A stretch of DNA of 64,000 bases. It comes from Octopus sinensis (Eukaryota). Location: NCBI RefSeq assembly GCF_006345805.1, contig NC_043004.1, positions 26,474,001 through 26,538,000 of the forward strand, written 5' to 3'. A program made the translations under genes and the position numbers. This document shows, piece after piece, positions 12,719 to 26,029 of the stretch; position 1 is the stretch's first letter, and the number at the start of each line of letters is the position of its first letter. Under the pieces are notes generated by a model, which ran no database searches, had not been told where the DNA came from, and saw nothing but the letters and a program-made list of their open reading frames with translations.

Positions 12719-13333
12719 TGCCCTGATGCAGTACATGCCCTGATGCAGTACATGCCCTGATGCAGTACCAGGCAGTGACTCTCATGGCTTCTGATCTTAA
12801 CTGATTGGAAGTGTTATCATGTACATTGTTTTGTCTTGGTATAAAATATGGGCTACAGCAAATATTCTGCTCAATACCACAGATTTGCTTGTCAGTTGTT
12901 TGACCTTAACCAGTTGAGCATGTCCCTTAGTGGCTGACGATATGTGCATCTCTGATCACGAGCAGAAGTAGTGGGGGAGCATCATAGCCATGTGTTGAGA
13001 AGGATTCTTTGGGGTTTGAATAATTCACCTCTGGAAACATGGGTGTTTCGTTCAACGTCCTTAAACAACCCTTATTCAGGGACCTTTTGAGCGGGATGGG
13101 TTACTCGATCTGAAGAAAATTCTAACTGGGCTCCACCTGCAAGGTCATGTGCTGTTTATCTTGATATGAGATCACCATGTCGCGCACATATGGTTGTGAT
13201 GCATGTGCCTTATGTACCCTTATCAGACGGGTAGTCATGATGGGTATACTGGGCTTCGTATATTTTACCCCAGTGTCACTTTGATGGCATGCTCTGCTCG
13301 CTCACTCAATAATAATAATAATAATAATAATAA

Positions 13334-13420
13334 TTCCAGGCTTACCATCCCTACAGGAAGTGCAAAAAATCGTATTAACTGGAACTGCTCATGTACTGAG
13401 AAGAGCACTATCGTTGTGAA
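13334..13420 (+). mobile_element. 5'-truncated R4/Dong-like RLE LINE C-terminus inserted at (TAA)n
   Basis: Frame reads PGLPSLQEVQKIVLTGTAHVLRRALSL*, the typical QK..L.GTAH.LR end of R4-clade ORFs. Confidence 0.65.
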
Positions 13421-13537
13421 AATAACATCCATCCATGAATTTATTTATTTATTAATTTTTAAATGTTTGTCTGAGGTGATTCATGTCGGACGGGTATGTT
13501 CGTTTTTTTAGTGCTTTCAAATCCAAATTAAGAAATG

Positions 13538-13600
13538 TTGAGCTGACGAAAGAAATGTCGAGTTTTAATTCGACTAATCTAGAAACGTGAGCGTTCTCAA
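13538..13600 (+). ncRNA. Type-I hammerhead ribozyme-like motif
   Basis: Stem I ttgag/ctcaa; core CTGACGA (13543-13549); extended stem II aga..gtcga/tcgac..tct with an A-A mismatch at its base; GAAA (13582-13585); stem III acg-tgag-cgt; GUU triplet. Confidence 0.6.
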
Positions 13601-14060
13601 ATAATCTTTGTACATGTGATATTTTGGTGTTTTCCCTCCATATCTACGTGAATTATTTTTGAGTAAACAAATCTGGGAGACTCTTCTTAAAGTAGTAGAA
13701 ATGGCTAAAAAAAACTTTTTGGCTGCTATTTCTAAAAATTTCAGTATGTGGCAAAGTAAATTATTTTACTGAGCCCTAATTATATAACGTTATATATATA
13801 TATATATAACGTTATATATATATATATATATATGACGCCATGTTGGATCGTTAGCCCCTACACGCAATTTTTTTCTCTCCTTGTTTCTTTTCTGTGTATC
13901 TTTCTATCGAAGAGCGTAGGCTTGAAACGTAAAAGACTTGTTTTATTTCTATTCCTGAGCGCCATACTAATACATTGTTTGTTTGTACTCCACCTGCCTT
14001 CGTCTTTTGTTTATTTTCGTAAAGAGGTGAGAGAGAATATATCAAATAAATATATATGTA

Positions 14061-14189
14061 TAGCTTGCTTAACAACCACATGGGTTCAGTCCCACTGCGT
14101 GACACCTTCGGAAAATGTCTTCTACTATTGCCTCGGGCCGACCAAAGCGTTGTGAGTGGATTTGGTTGACGGAAAGTGAAAGAAGCCCA

Positions 14190-14240
<51 letters not shown>
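14061..14240 (+). mobile_element. 5' part of SINE family A ending in (GT)n
   Basis: tagcttgctt..ggttcagtcccactgcgtg..ccgaccaaagc..gtgagtggatttgg..aaagaagccc. Confidence 0.75.
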
Positions 14241-14243
<3 letters not shown>

Positions 14244-14779
14244 GCACAGTAGAAAGAAAGTATGAGCAAGCAAACAACTGGTATCGGTTTAGATGATGGG
14301 ACTTATATTTTGAAACATAATTGTTGAGTTGTTACAACAAAGTAGTTAGGATTGTAAGAAAAAAAAAGGCATGCAGATAGTTTCTTACAGTTGTTTCCAG
14401 AATAGATACGCATATGGTGCATTTCCCAGCAAAGATAAGCTATCCATAAAGTAGCGGTTTAAGTATCTTCAAAGAAAAAAATGAGAGAGTGAAGTAGATT
14501 ATAAGTGGAGGGCTAGTGTGAGATATAAAGGACAGTAGAAAGAAAAAATAAGGTCGTAAATGTACAATAGTAGATAGAAACTCCTCACATTGTGAGTAAA
14601 AAACATGTAGATTTTAAAAGTTAGAGGAACATATAAGGTGCTGCTGGATGAACTAATGAAAGAGCAATAACACTTGAAATAAGCACATACACCCATTAAC
14701 TATTTTTTCAAATTTCAGTTGCATAGTTTACATAGATAGTTTCGTTTACGAAACTTTGTAACCTGCTGTGCTGGCTCTG

Positions 14780-14970
14780 AATATTCTGTATGAAATCTAT
14801 AACGACAAACCCAAAAGAGCTTGGAAACGTTGCATCCTCGAGAAAAACGAATTTGATTTTCGAAATTTGCGATCCAAAGAAAAAAATCGCCATAGATAAT
14901 GAAAAAATATAATTTCCTCCGAGAAATAATCCAACTTTTAGATCGACAACAGTTCTACTCTCGGTCTTTC
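14780..14970 (+). repeat. Unclassified interspersed repeat; second copy at ~57110-57250
   Basis: ttgcatcctcgagaaa.acgaatt.gatttt..ccaaagaaaa..gagaaataa..aacttttagatcg.caac is present at both loci. Confidence 0.6.
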
Positions 14971-15759
14971 ATCATCAATGTATCTCTTCATATATATTTA
15001 CCATATACTTTATTTACTCATATATTTACCATATACTTTGAAACTCACTCTAATTGTATATGCAACAACTTTCACGCATAACTTTCGTTTTGTTAAAATC
15101 TGTTCTTCTAACTTTTACTTTCATTTTATGACAGTTATAACGCATAAATCTTGCCTTCTGATTGTATAAAAATGATGAAACTTTAAACTTCTGTAACATT
15201 TTCCCAATTTTTTTCCGGAGTAAATGAATCCCAAACTCGGATTCAGTGTGAAAAAGTACATCTATATATTAAATTTGAAAATTTTTATTTAATTTTAAAA
15301 TTTCAAAATTTGTGACAAATTTGTCTTTCATTTTCTCTTGGTAAATTTCTTCACCTCTATAAAAAAAGTATATCGCGTATACTCTGTGTGTGTGTGTGTG
15401 TGTGTGGTGTGTGTGTGTGCGTGCGTGTTTTTCTCAATATGTGCGCATGCATGTGTGTAAGGAATTTCATTCGGGTAACAGTGATTTTTAAAATGGTTGT
15501 AAAAGATAATTTATGTTAATAGCATACTTTTGTTGGTAAACATAACTTTTACACACACACCCACACACACACACGAACTCACTTGATGCGGTGTAAAGTT
15601 AAAGATTTAAATAAATATTTGGCGGAATTCTGTTTAAGCACCCCATATAATCCCTCATATTTTGGTGGGAGGCGGAATTTTCAGAAAAGTTTTTGTGAAC
15701 TTGTGTTCTGGACACAAGAATTCATACGATTAGGAAAAAACATTTCTTGTTTGATTTCT

Positions 15760-17030
15760 GACTCCCAGCAATAGATAAAGAAAACATTGATAGATAACAT
15801 TGGAAATAGAATTTCAATGCTCTCTTCGAATTATGAGAGCTTCCAAAAACATGCTGACTACTACAACGAAGCATTAAGGAAGGCTGGATACAAGGAAGAA
15901 ATTAAATTCTATAATAAGAATAAAAATAGTAACAATTACACAAAATACAAAAACGTAAACAATCTAAATAATATTAATATAGGGAAAAACATAAAAGAAA
16001 ACGTAGACGGAAATAGAAATTTAAATAAAAATAAAAATAATAAGTATAGTAGTCATAATAGGGTAATACATCGTAATTTTATTGAATTCAAGAAGCTGAT
16101 AAAACACATAAAAACATAAAAAATACAAATGGAATAAAGAATAAGTATAGGATTGGATTAATGGGGAAGTATTTAAAATTAAATGAAAATTATAATTCAG
16201 ACCAAACTTTAAATAATATAGAAGATAATAACAATATTTGCTCAAATAAAGATACGAGGGATAATAATATAAATACAAGTAAAAATAAAACAATATGGTT
16301 GATAATCCCATATGGAACTCAAGTTAAAAGTAATATTATAAAAGAAATCACAAAAACAATAGAATCATTTATTATGAAAAACAAAAAATATATAGACAAA
16401 TTCTCTAAAAATAATATAGGAGTGGGATATTCTACTACCAACAATGTAGGGAACATCATCCCATCATTAAATAAGCATAGGTTGAATAAATATTACTACG
16501 ATAAATTAAATAAGCATCTTAATAGGAGGGTACTTTTTGAAGATCAAAATATTTGCAATTGTAGGGATAAAAACCACTGTAAGTTTACGGTAGATGTAAT
16601 GTAATGATGTAGTATATAAATGTGTGGTTTCTGTAAATGCAGATGGAAATGAAAAAAGCGAAATAAATAATACGGATATTGAAAGTTATCCAGATAGAAT
16701 GTATATTGGATCCACATCGAATAAAATTAAACAACGAATAGCAGAGCATAGGAATTCATTTAAAAATAAGAAACTAAATGAAATCGATAGGATTAAATAA
16801 AATCATTTGGAGGTTAAAGTCGAAAGATACTAAATATGAATTAAAGTGGGATATAAGCAAAACTAAATCGTATAGAATTGGGAATAGGTTATGTCTGTTA
16901 TGTACCCACGAATTCATGGAGATATGGGCCAACACGGGACGGGACTACTTAACGCTCAGGAGGAAAGAAAAGTAAAATGTAAACATAAACTGAAGTGTTT
17001 AATTAATAACGTCCAACCCTAAAATAAAGA
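15760..17030 (+). mobile_element. Penelope-like retroelement, 3' part (RT thumb + GIY-YIG endonuclease), decayed
   Basis: NRISMLSSNYESF..YYNEALRKAGY, KTIWLIIPY, CNCRDKNHC, DVVYKC...MYIGSTSNKIKQRIAEHRNSF (GIY-YIG), CLLCTHE; frameshifted. Confidence 0.85.
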
Positions 17031-17564
17031 AATAAATTTATGAACGTATTAGTTTAAATTAACTTACCATTCGATGTGGGGAGGTATAGTAGTGCGGCGA
17101 GTGTGAACAAAGGGTGGTAATAATAAGAAATAAAAGTAATGCCCCCATAATGCATTTATTTATTTCTTGCACCATCGTTACTCTTAAGATAATATGCTAA
17201 TTAAGTAATAGTTTAAAAGAAGCAGCAAGTATGTGGGAATATAGATATTTTCACCAAACGGTAGTTGAATGTTGGTTTTTCAGAGTGTACGGTGATGAGA
17301 TTGTGAGCTAAATTTTGTTGTTGCAAATTGTTGTTGAAAACTGTTATTTTGAATGTTGTATTAATTGTTGAATTTTTGAAAACTGTTTTGCTGCTGCCCA
17401 CTGTTGGGTATTACAATCTGAGACTTATATGAGAGCAGCAGGCAAAAGGCTGTCTGCCGATGCGTTGCAGTTGAAGGAAGTGTGAATTGAAAAAGAAAGT
17501 CTTAAGAAATATTTTGACAGCTTTAAAAAAGAAGGTGACTGTCTAAGAATCAGACCGCCGATAG

Positions 17565-18038
17565 ATGCAGTTCAAAATAATATATAGAACGTGGAATGTA
17601 GCCACAAAAAGAATTGAAGTGGCAGAAATAGAGGAGATAGAACAGTGTCTAGAAGAGATTAAAGATAGAACCACCTTCTACACTAGAGGGAGAAAGTACG
17701 CCACAGTTGAAGTACGCTTCGAAAACGAAGAAGCAAGAAGACATGCAACAACAGCATTAAGAACAACTAGGTGGGTACTCCTACCTACATACTGTGGTAG
17801 GCGAGCGGTGAGAGTTCGAATTAGTAAAGTACCACCGGAAATAGACATAGAAAGACTGGTAGCAGCAATTATATATATTTGTAAGGAAGAGGTAGATATC
17901 CTCAAGGTGGAGAAGTCTAACGATATTAACCGGTGGGGTTATGCAGTAGAAGTACTAATACACATAACCCTGCCAGATTTGCACAACATCTCAGAGGAGT
18001 TGGTATTCAGGCTATATGCCTATAATAAAGATTTCTAG
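17565..18038 (+). mobile_element. Putative ORF1 (Tx1/L1-like, RRM-type) fragment of a non-LTR retrotransposon
   Basis: 157-aa ORF with a VEVRF...VRVRISKVPPEIDIERL pattern resembling LINE ORF1 proteins; no splice context; abuts other TE pieces. Confidence 0.45.
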
Positions 18039-18853
18039 ATATTTCCGCTGAGCCTTGCGTTGTTAAGTTGAACTTAGCTTGAATTATGACCATGTTATAC
18101 AACGGTAGATTGAACATACATATTTTTACGACATTTGTTATACGATATTTTTACGGTATTTTTATGTTATTTTTTATATAGTTTTTATTCGAATATATAT
18201 TTCTTTGTCACCGTTTATTTATCATCACTATATTATATATTCTTTTCATTATTATATAATTTTCTTCATTCCTAAATATTATTAATTCATATGTATGTTC
18301 ATAGGCATAAGTCACGTTTGATTTTAGTTTTGTTAAATTTTTAATTTTTAATTAATCAAATTATGGCTTGCACGGCAAGGTTTGGCGAATTTATTGGCAC
18401 ATCCGCATGTTTGTTAGTTACATTCGTAAGTGATAAAATATAAAAATATAGGAATAGTAATAGAATTATAAAAAGTTATGGGGAGTCCTGATGATTGGGG
18501 TTGCAGTTAAGACATGTTTCTGAAAAAAATGAGACTGAGGGTCTCAGGAACGTTAAACGCACCTCATGAAACAGGTGTAGAAGAGAAAGTTGGAACTGAA
18601 ATAGTAAGTATTAAAATAAAATTCTATGAAACGGTGTGATGTATATTAGGATTTGATGAAGTGCATGGGGACTTCTATCTCTAAATGACATATATTTCCT
18701 TATCGAGAATAGTTCAATTTATTTGAATCCCTGTGACGCCGGAATTTTTATTCCCTAATATAAATATATATATATACATACACACACACACATATGTATA
18801 TGCATATATATATATTATATATATATATATATAATATATATATATATATACAC

Positions 18854-18884
<31 letters not shown>

Positions 18885-19032
18885 ATATATATATATACAT
18901 TATATATATATACATATATATATACATATATACATATATATACATATATATATACATATATACATATATACATATATATATATATATACATATATATATA
19001 TTTATTCATACATATATATATATATATGTATA

Positions 19033-19404
19033 TTTACTCTTTACTTGTTTCAGTCATTTGACTGTGGCCATGCTGGAGCACCGCCTTTAGTCGAGCAAGT
19101 CGACCCCAGGACTTATTCTTTGTAAGCCTAGTACTTATTCCATCGGTCTCTTTTGCCGAACCGCTAAGTTACGGGGACGTAAACACACCAGCATCTGTTG
19201 TCAAGCGATGTTGGGGACAAACACAGACACACAAACACACACGCATATACGACGGGCTTCTTTCACTTTCCGTCTACCAAATCAACTCACAAGGCTTTGG
19301 TCGGCCCGAGGCTATAGTAGAACACACTTGCCCAAGGTTCCACGCAGTGGGACTGAACCTGGAACCATGTGGTTGGTAAGCAAGCTACTTACCACACAGC
19401 CACT
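19033..19404 (-). mobile_element. Near full-length SINE family A
   Basis: Reverse complement of the 30420 and 50683 copies; tRNA head plus CORE-like ccttgggcaagtgt. Confidence 0.9.
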
Positions 19405-19449
19405 ATTTATTTATTTATTTATATTATTGTTGTTGGCATCCTTTTTGTC

Positions 19450-20320
19450 TCGGGAGACAATGGAGTTGCGCATAAAATAATCTAGTCCGGTTTTTACATT
19501 TCATGTCTTCATACATCTCCTGCTGTGGCTGTGTATTCCTATCCTAGACAAACACTTCCTTTGGCAGGTGCCGCAAGTGTAGCGAAGACTTTACCAGGCT
19601 CGTTGTAATGTCATAGTTTTTGTTGACATCTTTTCTTGTCTTTCCATTTCTTTTCTCTCCCTCTGTCACTCCTTTGTGTTCCCTCTTCTACGGTGCGTTG
19701 CCAATCTCCACGGTTGCTGGCAACTGCTTCCCAGTTGCTCTTGGCATGCAGACGTGAGAGATTGAACAGTTTCCCGTCACTTCTACTGTGCAGAAATACT
19801 CCATTATCTGATGTCTCAAAGGCATGTGACAGCAGCAGCGAGAAGATGCCAAATAATTTAGGTGCAAGGACACAACCTTGCTTTACCCCATTTTTTATTT
19901 GGAAGGCGGCTGATGTTGAACCATTGTGCTGTATGGTGCCTTGCATATCATCATGGAAAGATTTGATGATCCTCAGCAGCTTTGGTGGACATCCGATTTT
20001 TTGGAACAGGATGAAGAGGCCTTTTCTACTTAACAAGTCGAAGGTCTTTGTCAGGTCAATGAAGGCCATATATAATGGCATTTTCTGCTCTCTGGACTTC
20101 TCTTGGAGTTGGCATATGGAGAATATCATGTCAATAGTGATCTGCTTCTTCTAAAGCCACACTGCGATTCTGGATAAATTCGAGAAGCAAGCAGTTGTAG
20201 CCTGGACAGGATAACGCGAGCAAAGGTCTTTCCAACATTGCTGATAAGAGATATTCCACGGTAATTGTTACAATCACCACGGTCACCTTTGTTTTTGTAA
20301 AGCGTAATGATGTTAGCAGT
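19450..20320 (-). mobile_element. RTE-BovB-like LINE RT fragment, internally deleted
   Basis: MIFSICQLQEKSREQKMPLYMAFIDLTKTFD..GCPPKL..GVKQGCVLAP is fused directly to the C-terminal WEAVASNRGDW. Confidence 0.85.
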
Positions 20321-20486
20321 TCTTGGGGATATATATTTATGTATCTATACATATATTCATGTGTGGATATATATATATATATATATTTTTTTTTTTTAAT
20401 CCAAACGGGAAAACAAAAAAACAACAACAATGGAACAATTACAGTATTATTATTAATAGGCGCTCAGGAAATGGAAGCAGATATAT

Positions 20487-20563
<77 letters not shown>

Positions 20564-20669
20564 TATAACTATAATTATAATAAAGGATAAAATCATTAAT
20601 AATTTCACCAGGTGGTCAGTGCGGAAATAAAAACCTCATAGGTAAATTTTACAAAATATTTTATAATCA

Positions 20670-21215
20670 TATACATAATTATAACAAGAGATTGGCTTTA
20701 CATCTCACCACACACTGTAGAAATAGACACCAAAAGCCCCATTACCATCTTAAAATCTCTGAGAATAACACAGTATATTGTAGGAAAGCAAAATAAAAAT
20801 AATGAATCAACAACTTTTCGATTAACCGTGTACAAGATCCTGTTTCAAGCTTAAAGTAAAGAAATATTACTTACTGCTGTCATCAGTGACAGTATTCCAT
20901 AGCATAAATTTATGAGCATCTCAAAACATGCATGTGAGCTGCAACATTGCATAACCAATATCCATCTACACTCGTAGAAATGTACTGCAGAATATATTGC
21001 AGTATATTTCTGTGTGTGGATGGATACTGGTTATGTGACATCACAGCTCGCATGCATATTTTGAGATACTCGTAAATTTATGCTATGGAATAACGTCACT
21101 GATGACAGCAGTAATATTTCTTTACTTTAAGCTTGAAACAGGATCTTGTACACGGTTAACCTACAGCGCGTGGTGAGCCGTAAAGCCAATCTCTTGTTAT
21201 AATTATGTATATAAT
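20670..21215. repeat. Long inverted repeat (palindrome) between (TA)n tracts, with a hammerhead-like motif in each arm
   Basis: ttaaccgtgtacaagatcctgtttcaagcttaaagtaaag...(centre ~20993)...ctttactttaagcttgaaacaggatcttgtacacggttaa; outer arms tacataattataacaagagattggctttac / gtaaagccaatctcttgttataattatgta. Confidence 0.85.
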
Positions 21216-21239
21216 TGTAATATATATATATATATATTT

Positions 21240-22200
21240 ATTTATAATAAGAGTAGATCGTATACGAGTGGGTATATATTTGTAAAAAAGAAGTTTGAAA
21301 ACGCCACTATATTAGATAAATTTTAATTTTCTTATGAACTTTACATGTTTCGGTTCTTGAAAAAACGAACCTTATCAAAAATATTATTAAAAAATATTAT
21401 AAAAAGTGTAATGGAGAAGTTCATAATCGGTTCTAACTGGTCTCGAACCTTATTAAAAATATTATACAAAGTGAAAATTGAAAAGTTCATAATCGTTTCT
21501 TACTGTTAATCGCTATATTCCTGTTGAGTGTATTGAAGAAGTCCATTATTGTTTCTTGCTGGTATTAAAAGGAACCGCTTTTTTGTTACTTTGTGTTCCA
21601 ATGGTAGCAACAATAGCGATTTTTGGTCGTAATTTTGGTAACCTTGGTGGTGGTTGGGGTTGACTGTTGATCGTAGCAGCAAAGAGTGGTGGGTTCACTG
21701 GCACTGTTCCCTGACGTCACATAATTCCAAACCAATCAAAACCAAACTTCAACGAATACAAAGTAAAGACCCCCAACTGTATCCTGTAAGGAAATCAACC
21801 AAGTAGAACGACAAGTTTGACCACGGAAGAAAAACGTCATCAATTTTTTAACGAATCAAAATCAGATCTGCTCGTAGAAAAAAATTTTTCTTTATAAATT
21901 CATTTTTCCCTAAAACATACCACTGCAAGTGGGAGTGACTGTTTAAAGATCTGAGAAATTGTAATTCCACAATTGTAATTGTGGTAGAATTTCATTTTGC
22001 CTTTTCGGAAGACCAATGTTTTGTTTCAATATTCCTGGCCCAGGGTGTTCAAACTTGGTCTAAATTTTTTGATGAAATAAAGTTCTTTATTTTGGCGTTG
22101 GGTGAAGGTTAAGCTGTCACTGAATTTGTAAAGTGGGTAAGTTGTAAATTTCGGATTTTCATTTGTAGTACATCTATCTATGTGTCCGCTGACCGGTATT
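21240..22200 (-). mobile_element. Penelope-like element 3' end (GIY-YIG C-terminus + terminal repeat)
   Basis: Minus strand ~22050-22160 reads QRQNKEL.FIKKFRPSLN (R...E...I....P.LN motif); a degenerate hammerhead lies at 21338-21382; flanked by (TA)n. Confidence 0.6.
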
Positions 22201-22225
22201 TTCCGGTATTCAGGGTTTCTAATTT

Positions 22226-22314
<89 letters not shown>

Positions 22315-22687
22315 GTTTAAATATTTGTTGTGCAAGATTTTTTATGTGAAGTCGTGTGTTGAAATAGATATTGTTGTATTTAGGAATGGTCATTTTGCCA
22401 GTTTAGCCAATAAAAACACACGCACTATATATTTGGTGTTACTTTGTTTCAGTGTTATTTATTTTTTACATTAATCTTAATCTTATTTCGGCCAGAGTTC
22501 TTTCGTCACACTCCTGTGACCGCATCAGTGGTCCTTTGTTTTCTTCTTACTTATTTGTGTCTCTCCTTACTAACCGTCAGCCATTTTGTATTTCTATTGT
22601 ATGTCTTCATTTGCGCATGCTTATATCTCTATGTGCGTTTATGTTTATTTAGTGTGTGTATGTGGGGGATGCCTATAATATTTGTAT

Positions 22688-22940
22688 CTTCTTCAGGATA
22701 ATAATGCACCAATTCACACAGCTAAAGTTGTTACTGAATAGCGCAAGGAACATTCTAGTAAAGCTGAACATCTTACCTGGCCACCACAGACCCCAGATCT
22801 CAAAGTTATTGAATATTTATGGTGCATTTTAGAAAAACAAGTATGGAGGCGATATCCTCCACCATCATCACTACAAGAACAGGAGACTGTTTTAGCTGAA
22901 GAATGGACAAAAATTCCTTTGGAAACAATTCAAACTTTGC
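22688..22940 (+). mobile_element. Tc1 (DD34E) transposase C-terminal fragment
   Basis: QDNNAPIHTAKVV..WPPQTPDLKVIEYLW..LAEEWTKIPLETIQTL, with an internal stop. Confidence 0.8.
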
Positions 22941-22959
22941 ACAAACTTTGCATATATAT

Positions 22960-23165
22960 ATGTGACCGCGTGTGTACCGTTGGCGATTTTTTTCCCTCTG
23001 TCTTCCCTTCTCTGGATCTTTCCTTCTCCTATGTTTCCGACGAAGAGCTCCGCTCGAAACGTTAAACCCTCCTTCTTTCCTGAACGTCCAATAATACTAT
23101 ATTTGTTCCACGTCCTCGCATTGTTGTGTTTTTTTGTGCTTTCTTTCTTGTTTGGATTAACTATA
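22960..23165 (+). repeat. ~200-nt TA-inserted repeat; second copy at 52918-53125
   Basis: gtgacc.cgtgtgtaccgttggcgattt...gacgaagagctccg.tcgaa.cgttaaaccctcc...tttggattaactatata at both loci. Confidence 0.85.
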
Positions 23166-23809
23166 TATATATATTAATAAATGAAATAAAACATATGCAT
23201 ATATATAAACATATATGTACGTACCTACCTTTACATGTACATATACACGCATATATGAGTACAGGACACAAAAGGGACGTCGAACACAAAGAGAAACGAA
23301 AACATAGACACAAACCAAAGGAACTGGACATTTTTTTAAAAACAACAAAAAATGGAGTACAGGACAATTAACACAAAGAAAAAACCCCTTCTTCAGTCGC
23401 TATGGTTTCATCTACTCTACGTTTCGAAGGATAAAAGCGAGACGTATCTTCGACAAGAAACTTTCCTTCCTGCGAAAAGCAAATCAATTAAAATTCTGAG
23501 ATCTTTTCGCAGAGGGGTAAAAAATGGTAAAAAAATGGTAAAAAAACATATATTTATACACATGTATATGTATATATATGCATATATATATAAAAACACA
23601 TATATCTATATACATATATACATATATATAATAATATAAATAATATATATATGCATATATACATACATGTATATACCTACATATATATATTTATATACAC
23701 ATGCATATATAGGTACAGGACGTCAAAAAACATGAAAAACGAGAACATGAAAAACAAAAACACGGAAAACAAACTTTTTTTCGAACAACGAAAGAAAGAA
23801 ATAGAGAAA

Positions 23810-25400
23810 TGAGAAAGGCAGCTATTAAAGTTGATGATAGTATAACACATAAGGCAATTGAGAATATGAAGACATGGAAAGCCCCTGGACCATCAAGTAT
23901 CACTGCCAAGATGATTAAAAGATCAGACTGTGTGGGATAAGGCTTAGTCACTTGCATAGTTAATCAGGTTGTTCAGGAAGGTGTCATCCCCAAAGACTGC
24001 TGTAGTAGTATTATAGTTAGCTGATACAAAGGTAAAGGTGATATCTTAGATAGAAACAACAGAGGTATCAAGCTGCTGGAGCAGGTCATGAAAATTACAG
24101 AGAGAGAGTTATATCTCAACTGATTAGGGATAGAATTAAACTAGATGAAATGCAGTTTGGTTTTGTTCCAGGGAGAAGTACCACTGATGCCATCTTCATA
24201 GTGAGACAGTTGCAAGAAAAGTATCTGGCCAAAAGTAAACCATTGTACTTAGCCTTCGTTGACCTGGAAAAAACTTTCAACAGGCTTCCCTGCTCTCTTA
24301 TCCAGTGGTCTCTAGGGAAGCTAGGAGTAGAGGAGTGAATTCTTAGAGCAGTTCAAGATATGTACAGCAATGCTGTCAGTAAGGTAAGGGTTGTCCTTGA
24401 ATACAGTGATGAATTTAGTGTACAATTGGAGTTCACCAAGGATCAGTTCTTAGTCCACTCTTATTCATCATCATTCTCCAGTCCATACCAGAGGAATTCA
24501 AAACTGGATGCCCATGAGAATTACTATATGCTGATGATCTTGCTCTTATTTCAGAATCTAAAGCAGAATTGGAGACGTTCTGGATTTGATAGCAAAACCT
24601 GGAATCAAAGGGCCTTAAATTTAACTTAGCAAAGACTAAAGTTGTTGTTAACAAGAAAGCAGATAAGACTCTCCTTCCGTCGGGTAAATGGGCTTGCTTA
24701 ATATGCTTAATATGAAGGAAAGGAGTGGGACATAATTCAATTTGCTGCACCAAGTGTAACCTATGGACACATAAGAGATGCAATGGAATCATAGATGACA
24801 GATAAGGTCACTTTCATGTGTGGCAGATGCCCTGGAACAATAAGTACTAAGAGCACTAAGGCTCTCTTGAGGTAGTAGATAGTTTCTGCTATTTAGGTGA
24901 CCAAATTAGTAAAGCTGGTGGATGCTCTGAAAGTATTGTTTCTAGAAAAATAATAGAATGGAGGAAGATCAGAGAGCTCCTACTTCTGTTGCCACAAGAG
25001 GACTCTCTCTCAGAATGAAAAGCAGATTGTATGATGCTTGTGTGATAATGACTATATTACGTGGTAGTGAGACATGGGCTACGACTGCAGAGGACATGCA
25101 TAAACTGGAGAGGAATGAGGGTTGTATGCTCTGTTGGATTTGCAGCATCAGTGTGCATGGCTGACAAAGCACAAATGTGTAGAGAGAAAAGTTAGGCATA
25201 ATAAGAAGAATTAAATGTAGCAGACATGTCAAGTTTATGTGTGAAGACAGCTGTATTAAGAAGTGTCTGTCACTGAAAGTGGATGGTACCTGTGGAAGAG
25301 GGAAACCCAGGAAGTCATGAGATGAAGTGGTGAGGAGTGATCTTAGGATGTTGGGGCTCATGGAGGAAATGACAATGGACTGAGATGTTTGGTGATATGA
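23810..25400 (+). mobile_element. RTE-clade LINE RT domain, decayed
   Basis: MQFGFVPGRSTTDAIFIVRQLQEKYLAKSKPLYLAFVDLEK, GVHQGSVLSPLLF, LLYADDLALI, RLYDACV..GSETW, GRGKPRK; many stops. Confidence 0.9.
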
Positions 25401-26029
25401 GGTTCTAGAGAAGACCCGTCCACATCAGCAAAAGTGAGTGCTAGAAGAGTTGTGTCCCATTCACATGCCACATGTAACAACATTTCACACACCCTACTCC
25501 ATGAAACCGAACTACATGTCTTCCAAACAGCATCTTTCTCATCTTCACATTTCCTCTTCATAAACTATGATTGTGTTCCAATCCCCTTTCTTGCCCTCAC
25601 TGCCTTCCACCCAGGTTTTCACCAATCACTGCAATCCCCACCCTACTTGTGCCTTCTTGGCTACCTCTCTTTTCTTCACTCTTCCATCACATCTGTGCTC
25701 TGATCCTTGTTACTTGTGAGTATACCCTGGTGCTTCACCATCGCTCTCCTGCTCTCTCTTACACTTTTATTGCTTCCTACTCTCTGTCTCTCTTTCCTTT
25801 GGCTGGGTAGCCACGTACCTCCTCTACAACGGCATACCTATTCCTGCCCTCATTCATGGTCACTCTCTCTTACTTTCTCTACACATTTTCAGTGTTTATT
25901 GCTCCTGAGCATCTGCCACATACAAAAACTATCTTCCCAGTTAGCCTTCCTTTGATATTGCTGCACCTCTTATGTGTCCATAGCTAACACTGGGTACATC
26001 TTATAGAATTTTTATCTATGCCTTTTCTA

